Origin: Eledone cirrhosa
Taxonomy: Eukaryota
NCBI GenBank assembly: GCA_964016885.1
Contig: OZ024744.1
Location: 74,090,001 to 74,154,000, forward strand
DNA length: 64,000 bases
Direction: 5' to 3'
Shown here one piece after another: positions 37,801 through 51,467 of the stretch. Each line of letters begins with the position of its first letter. Position 1 is the first letter of the stretch. The translations under genes and the position numbers were made by a program. The notes beneath the pieces are model-generated. The model had not been told where the DNA came from. It saw only the letters and a program-made list of their open reading frames with translations, and searched no databases.

Positions 37801-40765
37801 ACGGATTAGCACTTTAGTTAAACAGCACTTGACAGGGTCCATTGTCAACAACAGATGGTGGTACTCTCTCAAGAGGGCAGTTAGATTAGACTCGATAGTT
37901 TTTAGTAAAGAATTAGCGTTAGATAGAAATAGAACCGAGAAGGAACTGGTAGATAAAGTAGAAGAGGCAATTAGAAGTGGCCACGTAGCCAGCGTGCTAG
38001 CAACGAGAACGGCCTTGGACCAGTTCTTCGACGCAAAGCACGAGGGCTGCGTTGTCAGAATCAAAATACGTTTCTCTGGGAAACGAGGGAGCCAAAACTG
38101 TTAGCTGGGCCCGAGTGACGGAGGCAAAAAGTGGCAACAAGTCCACGATTCGGTCTTTGAAGGACCAAAACGGACGCGTGATACGTGAGCCTAAGCAGAT
38201 GTGTGCGGCTTTTCAGCGGCACTTTGATCAGCCGTTCGGGGGAGCGGCGCGCCGGGAGAGGCTATGGATTTCGGTCCATACCTCGACGGCCTACCGCGAC
38301 TCTCGGACGGCGAGGCAAAGTTCTGCGAAAAGCCGATTTCAGCCACTGAGTTAGGGGACGCGCTGAGCCAATGCGGCAAACGTAAATCTCCAGGTATCGA
38401 CGGTCTACCCTACGAATTTTACGTAGCAATGCCGGACTTATTCTCCGGTCTCCTGGAAGCGGTCTACTGCAACTGGCAACAGAACGGGAGAATTCCCAGT
38501 TCTGTAACCAGGGACGTGGTCACACTAATCAGGAAGGACCAGAATAAGGGGGATGACATAGGCAACTTCCGGCCCATAACTCTGCTATAGACAGAGTTAC
38601 AGATTTTGGCCAAGGTGTTGGCAAAGAGGCTGGCGCTTGTCGTCGAGAACCTGGTGGGAGAAGCGCAGACATGCGCAATCCCGACCAGGTCCATACACGA
38701 CAACCTCCACCTCATGCGATACATCATAGAGAGGGTAGGGTGTAAACCCGGCTTCGGTGGGGCCCTGATCAACTTGGATCAGTCTAAGGCTTTCGATAGG
38801 GTTGACCATCGTTACCTGGATGCGGTGCTCGAGGCGGCAGGCTTCGGACCCGTGTTCAGGGGCTGGATTGCTGCAATGCACAACAGCAACATCTGCTCAA
38901 GGGTCAAGGTGAACGGCTACCTCTCGGAGCCGTTCCATATTACGCGATCCATTCGACAGGGATGCCCTCCCTCCTCCCTTCTGTACGTACTGACTCTCGA
39001 GCCACTACTGCGGAAGCTGGAGCTATTGCAGGACATCCCTCTGGAACCGGGACTGTGCAAAGCGGCGTCGGCCTACGCCGACGACGTTACAGTAATGGTG
39101 TCGAGCGCCTCGCAAATCGAGGAAGTCGGCACCTTACTGAAGGAATACGAAAGTGTCACAGGAGCGAAGCTGAACCGGGACAGGTCCATCGGTTTGCAAC
39201 TCGGATCGTGGAGAGGCAAACCGATGCCTGACTCTCGAGAGGCAAACCGTACTGACTCTCGAGTCACTACTGCAGAGGTTGGAGCTATTGCAGGGATTCC
39301 CTTTGGAACCAGGACTGCGAAAAGCGGCGTCGGCCTACGCCGACGACGTGACAGTATTGGTGTCGAGCACCTCGCAAATCAGGGAGGTCGGCACCATACT
39401 AAAGGAATACGAAAGTTTTACAGGAGCGAAGCTGAACCGTGATAAATCCGTCGGTTTGCAACGCGGAACGTGGAGAGGCAAACCGATGCCTTCCGATGGC
39501 GTCGTCGGACACTGGACTGAAGTACTGGTAAAGCTGCTCGGTGTCTGGTTTGGTCCGGACCTCCAGGTGGAGAAGAACTGGAACGAGGTGACGGCCAAGT
39601 TGTTTGCGCTCACCCAGAAGTGGGCCGAGTGCAAACTATCCTTGAAAGGTCGAGCGGAGGTGACGAAAACTTTTATAGCGTCCGTCATCTACTACCGCTT
39701 GACCGTCGTGCCTGTCCAGCCAAAACGCTCACCAAAATGGAGCACGCGCTCTTCCAATTCCTTTGGAAGAAGCGGGCTCCATTGGTGTGAAGATCCATCT
39801 GTTGCCAACACCCTTCAAACGGAGGGCTGGGGATGCCGTGCCTGACGATGCGCAAACACGCGGTACCTCCACGTATTCTTCACCGGACAACCAGTGTGGG
39901 CCCCGTGAGGCGAGCACTCCCAGGACTCGTCTCACTGACCGAGCTGCAGTCCTGGGTCAAACAAAGACTGAGGAAAATGGGCGACTGGCACATTGAATGT
40001 GCTCAAGCGCTCACAGCCCTTTGGCAGGCGTACCCTGCGATCAGTGGAGACTCCACTTCGTCATTCTATAGAGGGTTGGTCCGCAGCTAGTGCGACGATG
40101 CGCTCGGAGAAACTCTAGGCGTAGAGGAAGACGAACTGGCCAGTCTGTTCGGTAGAACCTTCCACTCGGGACCGATGGACAACTTCCAAAAGTCCCTGGC
40201 CTGGGAGTGCTACCGAGGAGCTCTACCAGTTCAAGACAAGCTCTACAGACACGGCAGACCGGGCAGGGACACTTCGAAAACGATCTGTCCGAGATGCGTG
40301 CGCGACGAGGAAACCGTCACGCACGAATTTGTACACTGCCCGGGCGTTACCGTCCTGTGGGGCTATGTAGAACCACTATTGTCGCGAGTGGGACCAATCC
40401 AGTTGAACAACGAGTCCATTGTCATGATCAAACCGCCACCCTCCTTCAAAAACGACGGTGAGGGGGATTTCCTGTGTTATGGCTATGGTGAAAGAGGTTA
40501 TATGGTACAAGGTTAAAAGGGCTGAAGTCAGACACCTTTCTCTCCGGCGAACAACTGATTCATTTTTCAAATATCATTTTGGAAGAAGAATCAGGTTGGA
40601 GAGAGAGATGCTGTACCCCAGCAAATTGTAGAAATGGCGGGTGAATGTGGCAAAGATGGCCCAAGTGGTTGGGCCTTTTCTCTATATAAGCCTGTAGGTT
40701 GAGGAAAAAGAGAAAGAGAGGAGGGGAGTACTCACTCTTGGTGCTCCTGGATATGAGGGATGTAT
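34868..40765 (+). mobile_element. Nearly full-length Tx1-clade non-LTR retrotransposon (ORF1 + disrupted ORF2)
   Basis: ORF2 fragments: APE (CVNVRRL, VGDWN, YLDR, SDH), GPGYWKLN, KSPGIDGLPYEFY, NFRPITLL, LDQSKAFDRVDH, RQGCP, AYADD, C-terminal CPRC..ETV.H..C. Confidence 0.93.
35076..36284 (+). CDS. Tx1 ORF1 (gag-like protein with a CCHC zinc knuckle)
   Basis: 402-aa ORF upstream of APE-RT; CYHCFSRGHLRASC; N-rich N-terminus. Confidence 0.8.
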   Translation: MNAASNDNVGGEAVRLQSSQSTTSSSLDTIEMERLNENVKTNSYPNNTNDIKQFNDNKNNSNTNNDDKSNNDNNNKEKNKDNTNNTSIKDNNNTKENTNNINIGDNKNNNNNNNNNDNTTNSDSTKKPKISFAEKVQKKEELIYLDITNAEQLLKDARRYVTFEKNGAFSINSPVEIRKKTALKTIVLRAVSNSTRKPVQLSQKEIELVFKNSMNDIAFIQRRKLFGSISVLMKDQLTAQNYSVSPIVSNLYTFSPTYMGKRTQKIRITSVTPKVNIWWILCGFINFDEDRKLSVGKSPRDVFNGTSIEALVQMSPERIAMIPQRVLLDGLTYINFSVEGRRPSCYHCFSRGHLRASCPKLMNQKKALLPTPIKTTQPPTPPQQQQHKNNHNKHSPTQPHST

Positions 40766-41031
40766 ATTGTTATACTTGAGGAGGGTCATATTTGTGTAAT
40801 AATATTGCCAGAATTAATAACAGAACACACTCACTGTCTGGTTGGTTTTCGCTTCTGTGTCTTTTATATCGGTTAATTTAATTTATTCGGTCCTCAATGT
40901 TACCATTGACTGACCAACGGTCAAAAATACAGATACAATATAGACACAAACACATATATATATCGTCTAACAAATATATATAGTCTGTTATATAGTCATA
41001 TATATATAGTCTAACATATATATATAGTCTG

Positions 41032-41187
<156 letters not shown>

Positions 41188-41440
41188 TAAAATAACAGGT
41201 TAAAGTTTAAGCAAAGAATCGCTGCTTTCACCCTTAACGGGATCTTCTGAAACTAACAAAGTCAATCTGTAAACGCAGAGCTGGATATTTCAAAAAACAT
41301 TGCAACCGGAGTGCAGCGATTCTTTGCTTAAACTTTAATCTGTTATTTTATTAAATATTTGCTCTACGGTTCTTATATATTTGATATATATTTTCCTTAT
41401 CGAGCCCTCTTTGGATTTTAGTCTTTAATTTTATTATTAT

Positions 41441-41496
<56 letters not shown>

Positions 41497-41645
41497 ATTA
41501 AAATACTAGAGTGTGTTGGAGTTAAACACCCTCTTCATATTATAGAAATGACAGTATAAGATATAGCTCAATGTAATTAAACAGAGCCGAAGAATTATAA
41601 AAAATAAACCAAAGAAGCCTTCAATGCATCAAAAGTTTTTATTAG

Positions 41646-41686
<41 letters not shown>

Positions 41687-41697
41687 ATATATATATG

Positions 41698-44400
41698 TTG
41701 TTATACTTTGGGAGGGTCATGTTGCCAATAAGAAACACACGCACCGATGCTTTCACTTCAATTTATTATATATTTATAAATTTATAAATTTATAAATTTC
41801 TGGTTGGTCGGTTGGTTGGTTCCACAACCAGATAGTTGTTTATATATAGTCATAGTTCTTTCGTCACACACTCTGTGACCTCTTCGGTGACTGGGGATTC
41901 CTATCTTTGTTTCTGTGCCTCTCCTTTGTTCTGTCCTGCGCCATTTTGTTTCTGTGTGTGTGTGTTGTGTGCTCAATCTGCGCATGCACCACATCCGGGT
42001 GTCTGTGTGTGTTTATGTTCATTTATTTATTTGTTTATTTACATGTTACTGGTTGTTTGTTTGTTCTATGTGTGTGTGTGTTTTCATTTTGTCCTTAATT
42101 GTAAGTTGTGATGTTGCTGTTCCACTCATATGTTCTATTTAATTTTGGTTGTAATTCTTTTATGTTTATTGCCTCTGTAATTTGTCTAAACATTGCTAAA
42201 CTTTTCTGTGTGTAGATTCTATTTTTATTTCTATGTTCTCTAATTTACCCTTGTGTTCTATCTTAGCATGTTGGTAGAGTACAGATGATTCTTTATTATC
42301 TTGAAGGTCTCGCCAGTGTTCATTTATCCGTTCCCCTACACTACGAGCTGTCTCACCTATGTACACTATATTTTTGTCTCTACATTGTCCTTCAGTACAT
42401 CTTATGCTATACACTACATTTCTAGTTTTACAGTTAATATGGGGGCTTATTTTACAGGTTATACATTTCTTATCTATACATGAGGGTTTTTGAAAAGGGT
42501 ATGCCTTGCTAATAAGTGTTTTTACGGAGGTACCTGGTCTTTCTACTATCTTAATATTGAGTTTATGTTTATTTAGGGCCCTTCTATATTTGTAAGCTAA
42601 TTCACCTCTAGGGGTTGTATCGATGAACATTACACTCTGGTATTTATTGCTATCATACCATGAGTTTATTCTCTTGGCCTTGTTACTAGTTCTTTCTATT
42701 CTATTCCAAAATTTGCTCCTATACAAGGGGCAGGTCCCATTTGTGTCATTATTTACATTTTTTCCCATTTGGTTCTGGCTCCTCTATACACTCTGATTTT
42801 ATCTCTCTGATTGTAGCCAGAGAACTGCATACGGTGGATGAAGTGTTGTATGTGTCTCTCTAGTTCTTCGGGGTTGCACATGCGGGACACATTTCTCATC
42901 ACCCGTACCAAATCCGCAATCAGTATGTTGATTTTGGTATGGTCCGAAATGGCCGAATTGTCGGTGGAGCAGATGTTTGGAAGTCATGGGTTTGGCATAA
43001 TGGGAATGGAGGATTTGTTTTTTGTTGTTAATGGTATCTAACCAGAACTCTGTGTCTAGTACAAGTAATCGATGGTTGGGGTGTTTACTTGGGTAGTCTA
43101 TAGTAACTCTAATGCTCTGGTGGATGGAGTTTGCTATTTGCTGGATGCTTTCCATTGTGTTTTTCTCTAGTTCCTGACTGTTCTCTAGTGGGGGTGTCTT
43201 AACTACGATGTTTATATCATCTACGTAGCGGGAGTACATTATCAGGGTTAAGGGGTCTTCTAATTGTTCTTTAAGTTTGAGTTTAAGTCTACTGTCCCAC
43301 CATACCATGAATAAGTTAGCTATGTCGCCTGCAATGCTAACACCAATGGCTGCTCCTTCCTCTTGGGCATATGTTTTTCCATTAAATTTGAACATATGTT
43401 CCTTAAGGGTTAGCTTTATGATGGCCCCTACCGCATGTGCAATCATTTTCTTCAGTTCATCGTGGTTTTCGGGTGTCCGTATGGCTCTGGTCCACCCGTT
43501 CCATCTATCTGTGTGGGTTTTCTTGGCCATTGAGGTAATGGTAGGTGGTCTGCGTCTTGCTGGTCTTGTAGGGCACAGGTTGCTAAGGTCATATGTGTCT
43601 AGGTAACTATTACTATAGGTAAGCTTAAGTAGGAGTCCCAGCCAGCTCACTGGTATCAATCGTACGGAACTCAACCTTGCTCTCACTGATCATTTCTACG
43701 CATTTCTCCACAGCAAAATCCACGTCAATAGATGGATACAGGGACACAACATCCATACTGCCTATTATGCAGTTTGTTAGGTCCCCAGATCGGTTACTCA
43801 CGCCGATTCTGCTGAGGAGGTCCTCCGTGCTGTCACATACATCTGGGGCCATTTCAATGATAGGGCGTATGATCAGGGAGAGGGAGTAGGACAGTCTGTA
43901 GTTACTAGCAATGTTAGCTCTACAGACTGGCCGTGTTGGTGGTCCCGCGACAGGGTCACAGCCCGTTTTATGGTCTTTTCGAAGCCCATACAACGCCGGC
44001 ACGTCATTGTTCCAGGCCTGGAAGTTGTTGGAAGTCCTTTTGTTGGGCTGCATTATATTCGTCCACATCACCATATGGGCATTGAGGGCTTTTTCTCTAT
44101 CCTCATGCTCCTGTGGTGTTACCTCTCTTGTGTTAGTGATGTGGGGTTGCATTGCCTGGATGTAGTTTGGCAGGCTGTCAACCGACATTCTGCCAGACTT
44201 GTCTGCTGGAAAGCATGCTATCTCTCCATTACGCGAGCGCTGCATGAGCTTACGCAAGCCATTTGCAGATTTTTCTCCCAGTTGCTGGGCCTCCATTCTA
44301 TTATGCTTCTTGCTATACTGTTCTATAATATTTCTAAGTTCGGATCTAGCTATACTAAATTGCGCTTCTGTTTGTTCATCTACCTGCGACGGCAATTGCG
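41698..44400 (-). mobile_element. Penelope-like element (Naiad-like): RT + GIY-YIG endonuclease, frameshifted, with a 3' pLTR
   Basis: LYGLRKDHK, PPTRPVC, SMDVVSLYPSI, QEEGAAIG..ANLFMVWWD, RYVDD, YAKPM, RMQFSGY, CPLYR, CxxxxCxxC linker, NVVYSIRC..YIGETARSVGERINEH. Confidence 0.9.
41848..41892 (-). ncRNA. Hammerhead motif in the pLTR of the Penelope-like element (one core substitution)
   Basis: Minus strand: agtca CCGAAGA g gtcac-agagtgt-gtgac GAAA g-aa-CTA tgact. AATAAA lies downstream. Confidence 0.7.
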
Positions 44401-44479
44401 TGCGTTTGTTAAATGGTAAAGTCGTGGCGCGCGCGTGTGTGTGTGTGTGTGTGTGTGTGCATATTCCTTAGTTAACGGA

Positions 44480-45250
44480 GATCTTATTCAGGCCAAGGTA
44501 ATAAAACTCTTTTTTCAAACTTCTCTGTCCATCATAGCTATCTTCAGTTTCTGGACCAATTCTAGGCCCGTATGCTACTTCAAGTTATCAATATGTATGA
44601 CACAAACCAAGCTTTCCCACTCTATATTGTGGATTTCACAGGATCAGCTTTATTGCTCCCTCTTTTGAATATTGTATATAATTGTTTCTACTTTAGGCAC
44701 AAGGCCAGCAATTACCCAGTGCATTACTGGTACTTTATTTTATCGACCCCGTAAGGATGAAAGGCAAAGTCAACCTCGGCGGGATCTGAACTCAGATCGT
44801 AAAGGGACGTAACTATGCTGGAAAGCATGGCGTCCGACCCTCTACCGATACTGCCATGTAAATAATGTTGTGACATTAGTAATCTACATACTTTGATCTT
44901 CACACTTACTTATCGGAGGTTTCTATATAAGTCTTCGTTTGTCAAGAACTGCAGCCATTTCACACATATGCTAACATAACCTTGCGTAACAAACATCAAT
45001 ACACTTTTCTACCCATTCTTGTCGTTGTCTCTATCTCAGTGTTATAGAAGAGCATTGATTTTACAGTGGCTGGACACAACCTTACCCTTGACTTCCAGAT
45101 TTCCTGCAGTTTATGCAGCATTGGCCATGCCTGAGCTTTCCTGATTTTCATATCAGAGTTTTTCATCCAAAATAGGTTAGATACTTGATATTTTTAATTG
45201 CATTCAGCTTTCTTATCATTGTGGTGGTATTTCATGAAGTCATGTAACTA
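44480..45250 (-). mobile_element. Old degenerate RTE-like 3' fragment, interrupted by a SINE
   Basis: Minus-strand traces AWPMLHKLQEIWKS and TYIDNLK.HTGL..AMMDRE, resembling 22988-23419. Confidence 0.5.
44679..44855 (-). mobile_element. tRNA-derived SINE
   Basis: Near-identical to the 31945 copy, plus the A-box. Confidence 0.9.
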
Positions 45251-46499
45251 CGCTTCCATGTACTAATCCAAATAAGTTTATACATTATACCATAAATACA
45301 TTCCTAAAGTTCAATTCAAAATTCTAACCTTGTGCCGATGGGAGAAAATTAATTCCACATAAAAATAGTAGATATGACCGCAATAATTTAATCGGCGAAC
45401 AAAATTCTTTACGAAAATCACTGCTCTTACTTTCTGTGCTACTTCCAAATCCGAAACAAGGATAAAATAAACGAAACTGATTGCTAGATCATTTTAAAGA
45501 TTTGAATTTTAAATATTATTAATTTGTATGATAATTTGCAGTATGAACGATATTTTCAAACCCTAAAGGGTTTGAAAACATTTCACCGTTGAACAAACAA
45601 TCTTTTTTCTACACATACCTTATCTACAATTTGTTAAGATTTTCAATCGATGTTTTATATACAATCGGAAGAAAATAGATATCGGCTGAGATAGATTTTC
45701 AACGTATAGATTACATACATAAAGTTAAAGAGGCTTTTGTAGATTGTTCGAAGCACTGTGTAAATTGTATTAAATTGTGTTCTGTTCGAAAGCTACAACA
45801 TTGTGAATTGGATGGTAAATGTTAAAAATATGCTGATAAAAATTATGTTGTGATGTTACCTTGAGGTTCTTTATAGGTCCTTATATTTCGGGATAAAAAG
45901 CCTTCATCAAAAGATTAGTAGGAGAAACTAGGTCAGAACTGTATAAATATGTATTGTCTCTCTTAAGTGCCATTTAAAAAAAAATTGATTATGGTATTTT
46001 TCTCTTTGAACGACAAAAGTATACAACTCCGTATTTTATGTTTCTGCCATTACAAAACTATCTTACCGAGAACAAATAACAAAGCTTATTGCATTGACAA
46101 AATGCCAAATCAATGTACATGGATATCAAAACAAAGTATACATAATATGTAGCATAGATCTTCTGCTACGTTCCTTATTTGCCCAGGAAGGACGAAAGAG
46201 AAGGTTAATTCCGATTGAAATAAACATCTGAGAGGAGAAGTACATTTTTCTGTGATTACAGTGGCATAAAAATTCTAAGTTAGGTACAAGAATCACAAGT
46301 TTTGAGGAAGGGGTATACCAAGTGAAATAGACACCAGCACATAACTGTTATTTTTCATCGACCTCGGAAGGATAAAAGGGAAACTCAGACAAGAAATTTA
46401 AAATAGAATATTAAAGAACGTAATTAAATAGAGAACAATGCATTTATTCCGGCGATTTGTGATTGAAATCATAACAGATAAGAATAATGAATATTGTTA

Positions 46500-49200
46500 C
46501 CCATTTTACCATTTCATTGTGGTCTTGCACCATTTACTATCACTGGTGTAGATAATCTCTCTCTATACCTTCACTCTCCTTTCCAAGTGAAACCATTTAT
46601 GGTTCAATGAGAGCTTAATCGAAGAGGAACACGTCTGACTCTTGTTCTTCTAACCTCGTACAATCATGTCCTCGTTCGTAATAGCCAGCCGACAGGAATA
46701 TATGCTTGCCTCTGTTAAAGCTGAGCAATGGAGTGATATTCTCAATTGATTCGAATGATGGCTGGATCCATTATACATGCGACAAAAGAACTCGACACGT
46801 CAGTAATAGTGGGACAGCATGCGAGTGCATGCAGAACGATGTTGTCGCACCTAGAACAGGCTCATCTGATGGCAATTACATACACTGAAGAGGTTATCCT
46901 GAACTGAAAGATTCCTCCCAGTTTTCAGTTCAGTCAAAAGAACAAACTGCGGAAAGGCGTGCCTTACGAACGGAGCCCACATAAATACACCAACCACATC
47001 TGCGCTTTAGCAGCCATGACATGCCACTGCATGATGGTGATGGAACTCATTTCTCTAGAAGAAGTAGAAGGTAAATCTGGTCAGACGAAGCCCAGATCTT
47101 CGGTCCTTGAGAATGTATGACAGAGCGCCAGTAACTGATACTAGTTAGTCATTCGCCTCTGTCCGACATGTCAGGGACAGCTTTCTTTTGGAACATTTCA
47201 GGGTGATATTGTTGATCCTGCTCGAAATCTCATCTGAGTTCCTGTCCATCTTGTAGTGGAACGGAACCAGATCTTGAGTAGTTTAATCAGTTCGACCGTC
47301 CAATGCCCATGACCCTGTCTGCTGGCGGAGTCATCACTCTCCAGGTTTAGAGATACAAAAATACTTACTTGTTTTAACTAATCATTGTCACCACCGGGTA
47401 TTTATTTAGAACGGTTCTGATCACTTTCCCTAACCCTCTATCGGACATCTTTTCGGTGACAGACACCGCATACAACGAACGGTTTTCAAGCTTCTGCAGC
47501 CGTAGCTTGAGAGCCAGCTTGTACAGAAGTGCTAAGACAGGGGATCAAAGAACGATCACCGAAATAATCCCCGGCGACATATGCCAGGCTCTTTGCTAAC
47601 TCCAAAATCTTAAACTCTGCTTTTAGCAGATAAATGGGCCGGAAATTGTCTAACGAGTCAAGTTTATTGGCGCCTTCTCTCAGCATCATCAGCACAATCT
47701 AGCTCGCGTAATTGGCAATATTTCCGTTTTGCTTCCTCTTATAAAAGTGGTCTGTAACGAGGTCGATAAATAAGTCTGGCACGAATTAGTAAAGCTCATA
47801 GTCAACATCATCGAAATCTACCGTATCTCGGTTGGTTGCAATCTCTATCCTCTTCCGTTGAGAGTGATGCAGGCCATCAATATGTGTTCTAGCATCCGCC
47901 AGAAACCATCTTCGAAACACAGACCACCCTGTACATTCGATGAACGCGAGGCTGAACGACCGCACACACCGGCTTGGAATTGAGCATCACACATCTGTCT
48001 TCGTCCTTCAAAGACTAAAACACGTGTTTGTTTGCAGGTCGTGCATCTGTTAACCCAGTCTATCGAACGAATTTCGTAGACTTTTGTCGAATCATTCGCA
48101 CCTTTAGCATACCCGTCACGACACCTCTCCTCACGACTCTTCTGTCTTGTCCAGGAGCTCTCGCTATCCTCTATCTCTTTCTATCACAACATGTCTTTGA
48201 GGATAGCACCCATCAACTGCCGGTTAACGAAGTCATTAATTGTGGGTCTTTAGTCTTTCCGTAACGAGAAAAAGAACCTCTCAACTTCCAGTAACCCGAT
48301 CTCAACGTATGCGCCTTATCTAAAGCATTTACTTGTATCACTAATTTGTGGTCTGTGTACCAGGAACTCTGAATTATGAACAGATTTATCTCTGTCCACT
48401 GATAATGATTTGGATAATTATTTGGTTGCCTCTAAAGCATATTACCGAAATCTAATCGGTATCTAACAGCTAGAAACCCCCGGGCAGGTTTGCGAGGCTA
48501 TTACATTCGCTTTACTGTGTGTCTAAGATGCAGTTCAACTCACAAACAGCAGTAACAGATAGGCTAACAACCCCTGAAGATAGTAATAGATAGGCTAACA
48601 ACCCCTGAAGATAGTAATGGATAGGCTAACAACCCCTGAAGATAGTAATAGATAGGCTAACAACCCCTGAAGATAGTAATAGATAGGCTAACAACCCCTG
48701 AAGATACATAGCCGCCATAGCATGGGCGGCCAGCAATCTGATCCCACCACAAGAATTACAACTCACACAAACTTTAACGTCTAGTTCAATGAATAACTTC
48801 TAGACATTGAGGCTGAAACCTGTCCGGAAGAGCACTGTCAGCTCCACCTCTCATTCCCGATGCGAATAACTCATAGTCGACCGAAATTGGTGTGTCGAAA
48901 AATTACGCATTTCTTGTAAAGGAATTGGTCAAGAGATTACTACTGGCTTTGCTTCGTTGTCGTTGTTGTTGTAAATGTTGTTGTTAGGCAAGGGAAGAAC
49001 ATTTTCAATTAATATTTTCTGCGATTGATCTAAAAGCAGCTGCTTTAGTTGTTGCTACTGTTGTTGCGATTTGTCTTGCAATTCTTATAGTGGTTGTCGA
49101 GGATATGCTCTCTGTCAATTTGACTGACAGACTGATGTGTACTACAACTGAAAACAGATATTCGAACAAACCCCATAGGTCAAATAGTTTAGGACACTGG
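46500..49200 (-). mobile_element. Old, heavily degenerate Tx1-clade copy
   Basis: DNFRPIYLLKAEFKIL, GYWKL, TDHK and C-terminal traces collinear with 53038-56456. Confidence 0.7.
48551..48705. repeat. 31-bp minisatellite, 5 copies
   Basis: AGTAATAGATAGGCTAACAACCCCTGAAGAT x5. Confidence 0.95.
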
Positions 49201-49249
49201 ACGTTGATGATACCACCAACAACAACAACTATAATAATAATAATAATGA

Positions 49250-50500
49250 TTTCATTTATTGGGTTGCATCAAGAATAATATTACAGATGGCACAGGACGG
49301 TACAGGCCGGTACGATGTGGGTTTTGTGCGTGTAAATATTTGTTATTGGATTGGCAGTATCGGTAGAGGTTCGGACGCCATGCTTTGACGCATAGAGTTA
49401 CGGCCCTTGCCATTCTGAGTTCAAATCCCGCCGAGGTTAACTTTGCCTTTCATCCTTACGGGGTCGATAAAATAAAGTACCAGTAATGTACTGGGTAATT
49501 TTCTGGCCTTGTGCCAATAGTAGAAACAATTATTTCTATAAGAAAAGAAAAAGAAAAAGACATAGAAACATATATATATATAAACAATAAAAACAATAAA
49601 ATTGAAACGATGAAAAATTGCCCAATAGGGGGGAACCTCCGAGGGTTACTCGTGGCGAAAACCACACAAAAGACCACGGCCACCCTGACCACCAGGGCAA
49701 GCACCCTCTCTCAATTTTTCCATCTCTCAAACTACAGACGTATATTCAGAGTGGTCCCGTTCACTTGGAGCATTCTCGCTACATTCATCCACCTTTCAAC
49801 AAACTTGCTAGAAGGCAGCACTTGCCTCTCCACCCTGATTTTCCTCTTCAATTGAAACTTGAAAAAGTTAATTAGGGATTCGATCGCGCAGGTTTCCTTA
49901 AACACCCTCTCTATGATGTATCGCATGAGGTGGAGGTTGTCGTGTATTGATCTGTCCGGAATGGCGCATCTCTGCGCCTCTCCCACCAGACCCTTGACGA
50001 CAAGCGCCAACCTCGTTGCAAACACCTTGGCCAAAATCTTGAACTCTGCGTTTAGCAGGGTTATGGGCCTGAAATTATCGATAACATCCCCCTTGTTCGG
50101 GTCTTTTCTCAGCAGCGCCAACACTCCCCGGCTCACAAAACTGTCAATGCTCCCGTTCTGTTGCCAGTTGCAGTAGACGTCTGCCAAGTGGTCACCGAAC
50201 AAGTCTGGCATAAATGATTAAAGCTCGTAGGGCAGACCATCCAAACCTAGCGATTTACCCCTCGTGCAGTTCGCCATTGCTTCCCGTATTTCCCCGGCTG
50301 TTATTGGCTTTTCGCAACACTGTGCTGCGGTCGTCGAGAGCCGAGGCAGTCTGTCGAGGTATGCTCTGAAGTCCATACCCCGATTCGGACCGCCGCTACT
50401 CCCGAACAGTTCAGAAAAGTGCTGCTGAAAAGCTTCACACATCTGCTCGTGTTCGAGTAACATGCACCGGTTTTGGTCAGACAAAGACCGAATTGTGGTT
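49250..50500 (-). mobile_element. Internally deleted Tx1-clade copy with a SINE (49347-49532, +) in its 3' UTR
   Basis: KSLGLDGLPYEL, NFRPITLLN and HDNLHLMRYIIER fused directly to LINFFKFQLKRKIRVER. The 3' end abuts (TAA)n. Confidence 0.85.
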
Positions 50501-50509
50501 AACACCATA

Positions 50510-51185
50510 TTTACGAGGACGAAGCTAGCCCACTGTGTAGGATCTGTGGAGAGAGAGAGGAGACTGTGGCTCACATTGTATGCGAGTGTAAATACCTAGC
50601 CCAGACTCACTATAAAGGCTGGAGACAAGATGTGATGGCACCTATGCAAAGTAGATGATTTACCGCATTCTGAGAAGTGGTATGAGCATAAGCCAGAGTC
50701 GGTGATAGAAAACGATCAGGTGAAGGTGCTGTGGGGTTTTAGGATACAGACAGACAAGAAACTAGAACACAATAGGCCTGACCTGGTGGCTTTGGACAAG
50801 GAAAAAAGATCGTGCCTGATTGTAGATGTAGCCTGCCCATTTGACATGAGAGTGCAAGAAAAGGAGAGGGAGAAAATTAACCGATACCAGGACTTAAAAT
50901 GGGAGGTAAAAAGGATTTGGAACTGCCATGAAGTCAGAGTCGTCCCGATTGTCATAGGCGCACTAGGTAATATCTCAAAGAGTTTTCAATGATGGTTAAA
51001 GAAAATTAGTTCAGCCCCTCTTTTTGGAACACTTCAAAAGGCATGCTTGCTGGGAACAGCAAGAACCCTCCGATACTTCCTGAATATCTGAGGCTGCAGG
51101 TAGTGGCTTGATATTCATTTCAACAAACTTTCCAGTTAACTAACATCAATGACTGAGACTCAAAGAACAATAATAATAATAATAA
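50510..51185 (+). mobile_element. R4/Dong-like 3' fragment (CCHC + RLE), followed by a long (GAA)n tract at 51189-51390
   Basis: EETVAHIVCEC; IQTDKKLEHNRPDLV..VDVACP..EREKINRYQDL..VVPIVIGALG. Confidence 0.85.
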
Positions 51186-51194
51186 TTAGAAGAA

Positions 51195-51391
<197 letters not shown>

Positions 51392-51467
51392 TAATAATAA
51401 TAAAATCAACAATGTAGCTGACAAGAATAATAGTAATAATAAAAATAGCAATGACAACATCGACGTC

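Noticed and set aside
48551-48705. CRISPR array or HHR array (each unit has CTGAAGA)
   Set aside because: No spacers, no GAAA or stems, and a eukaryotic context.
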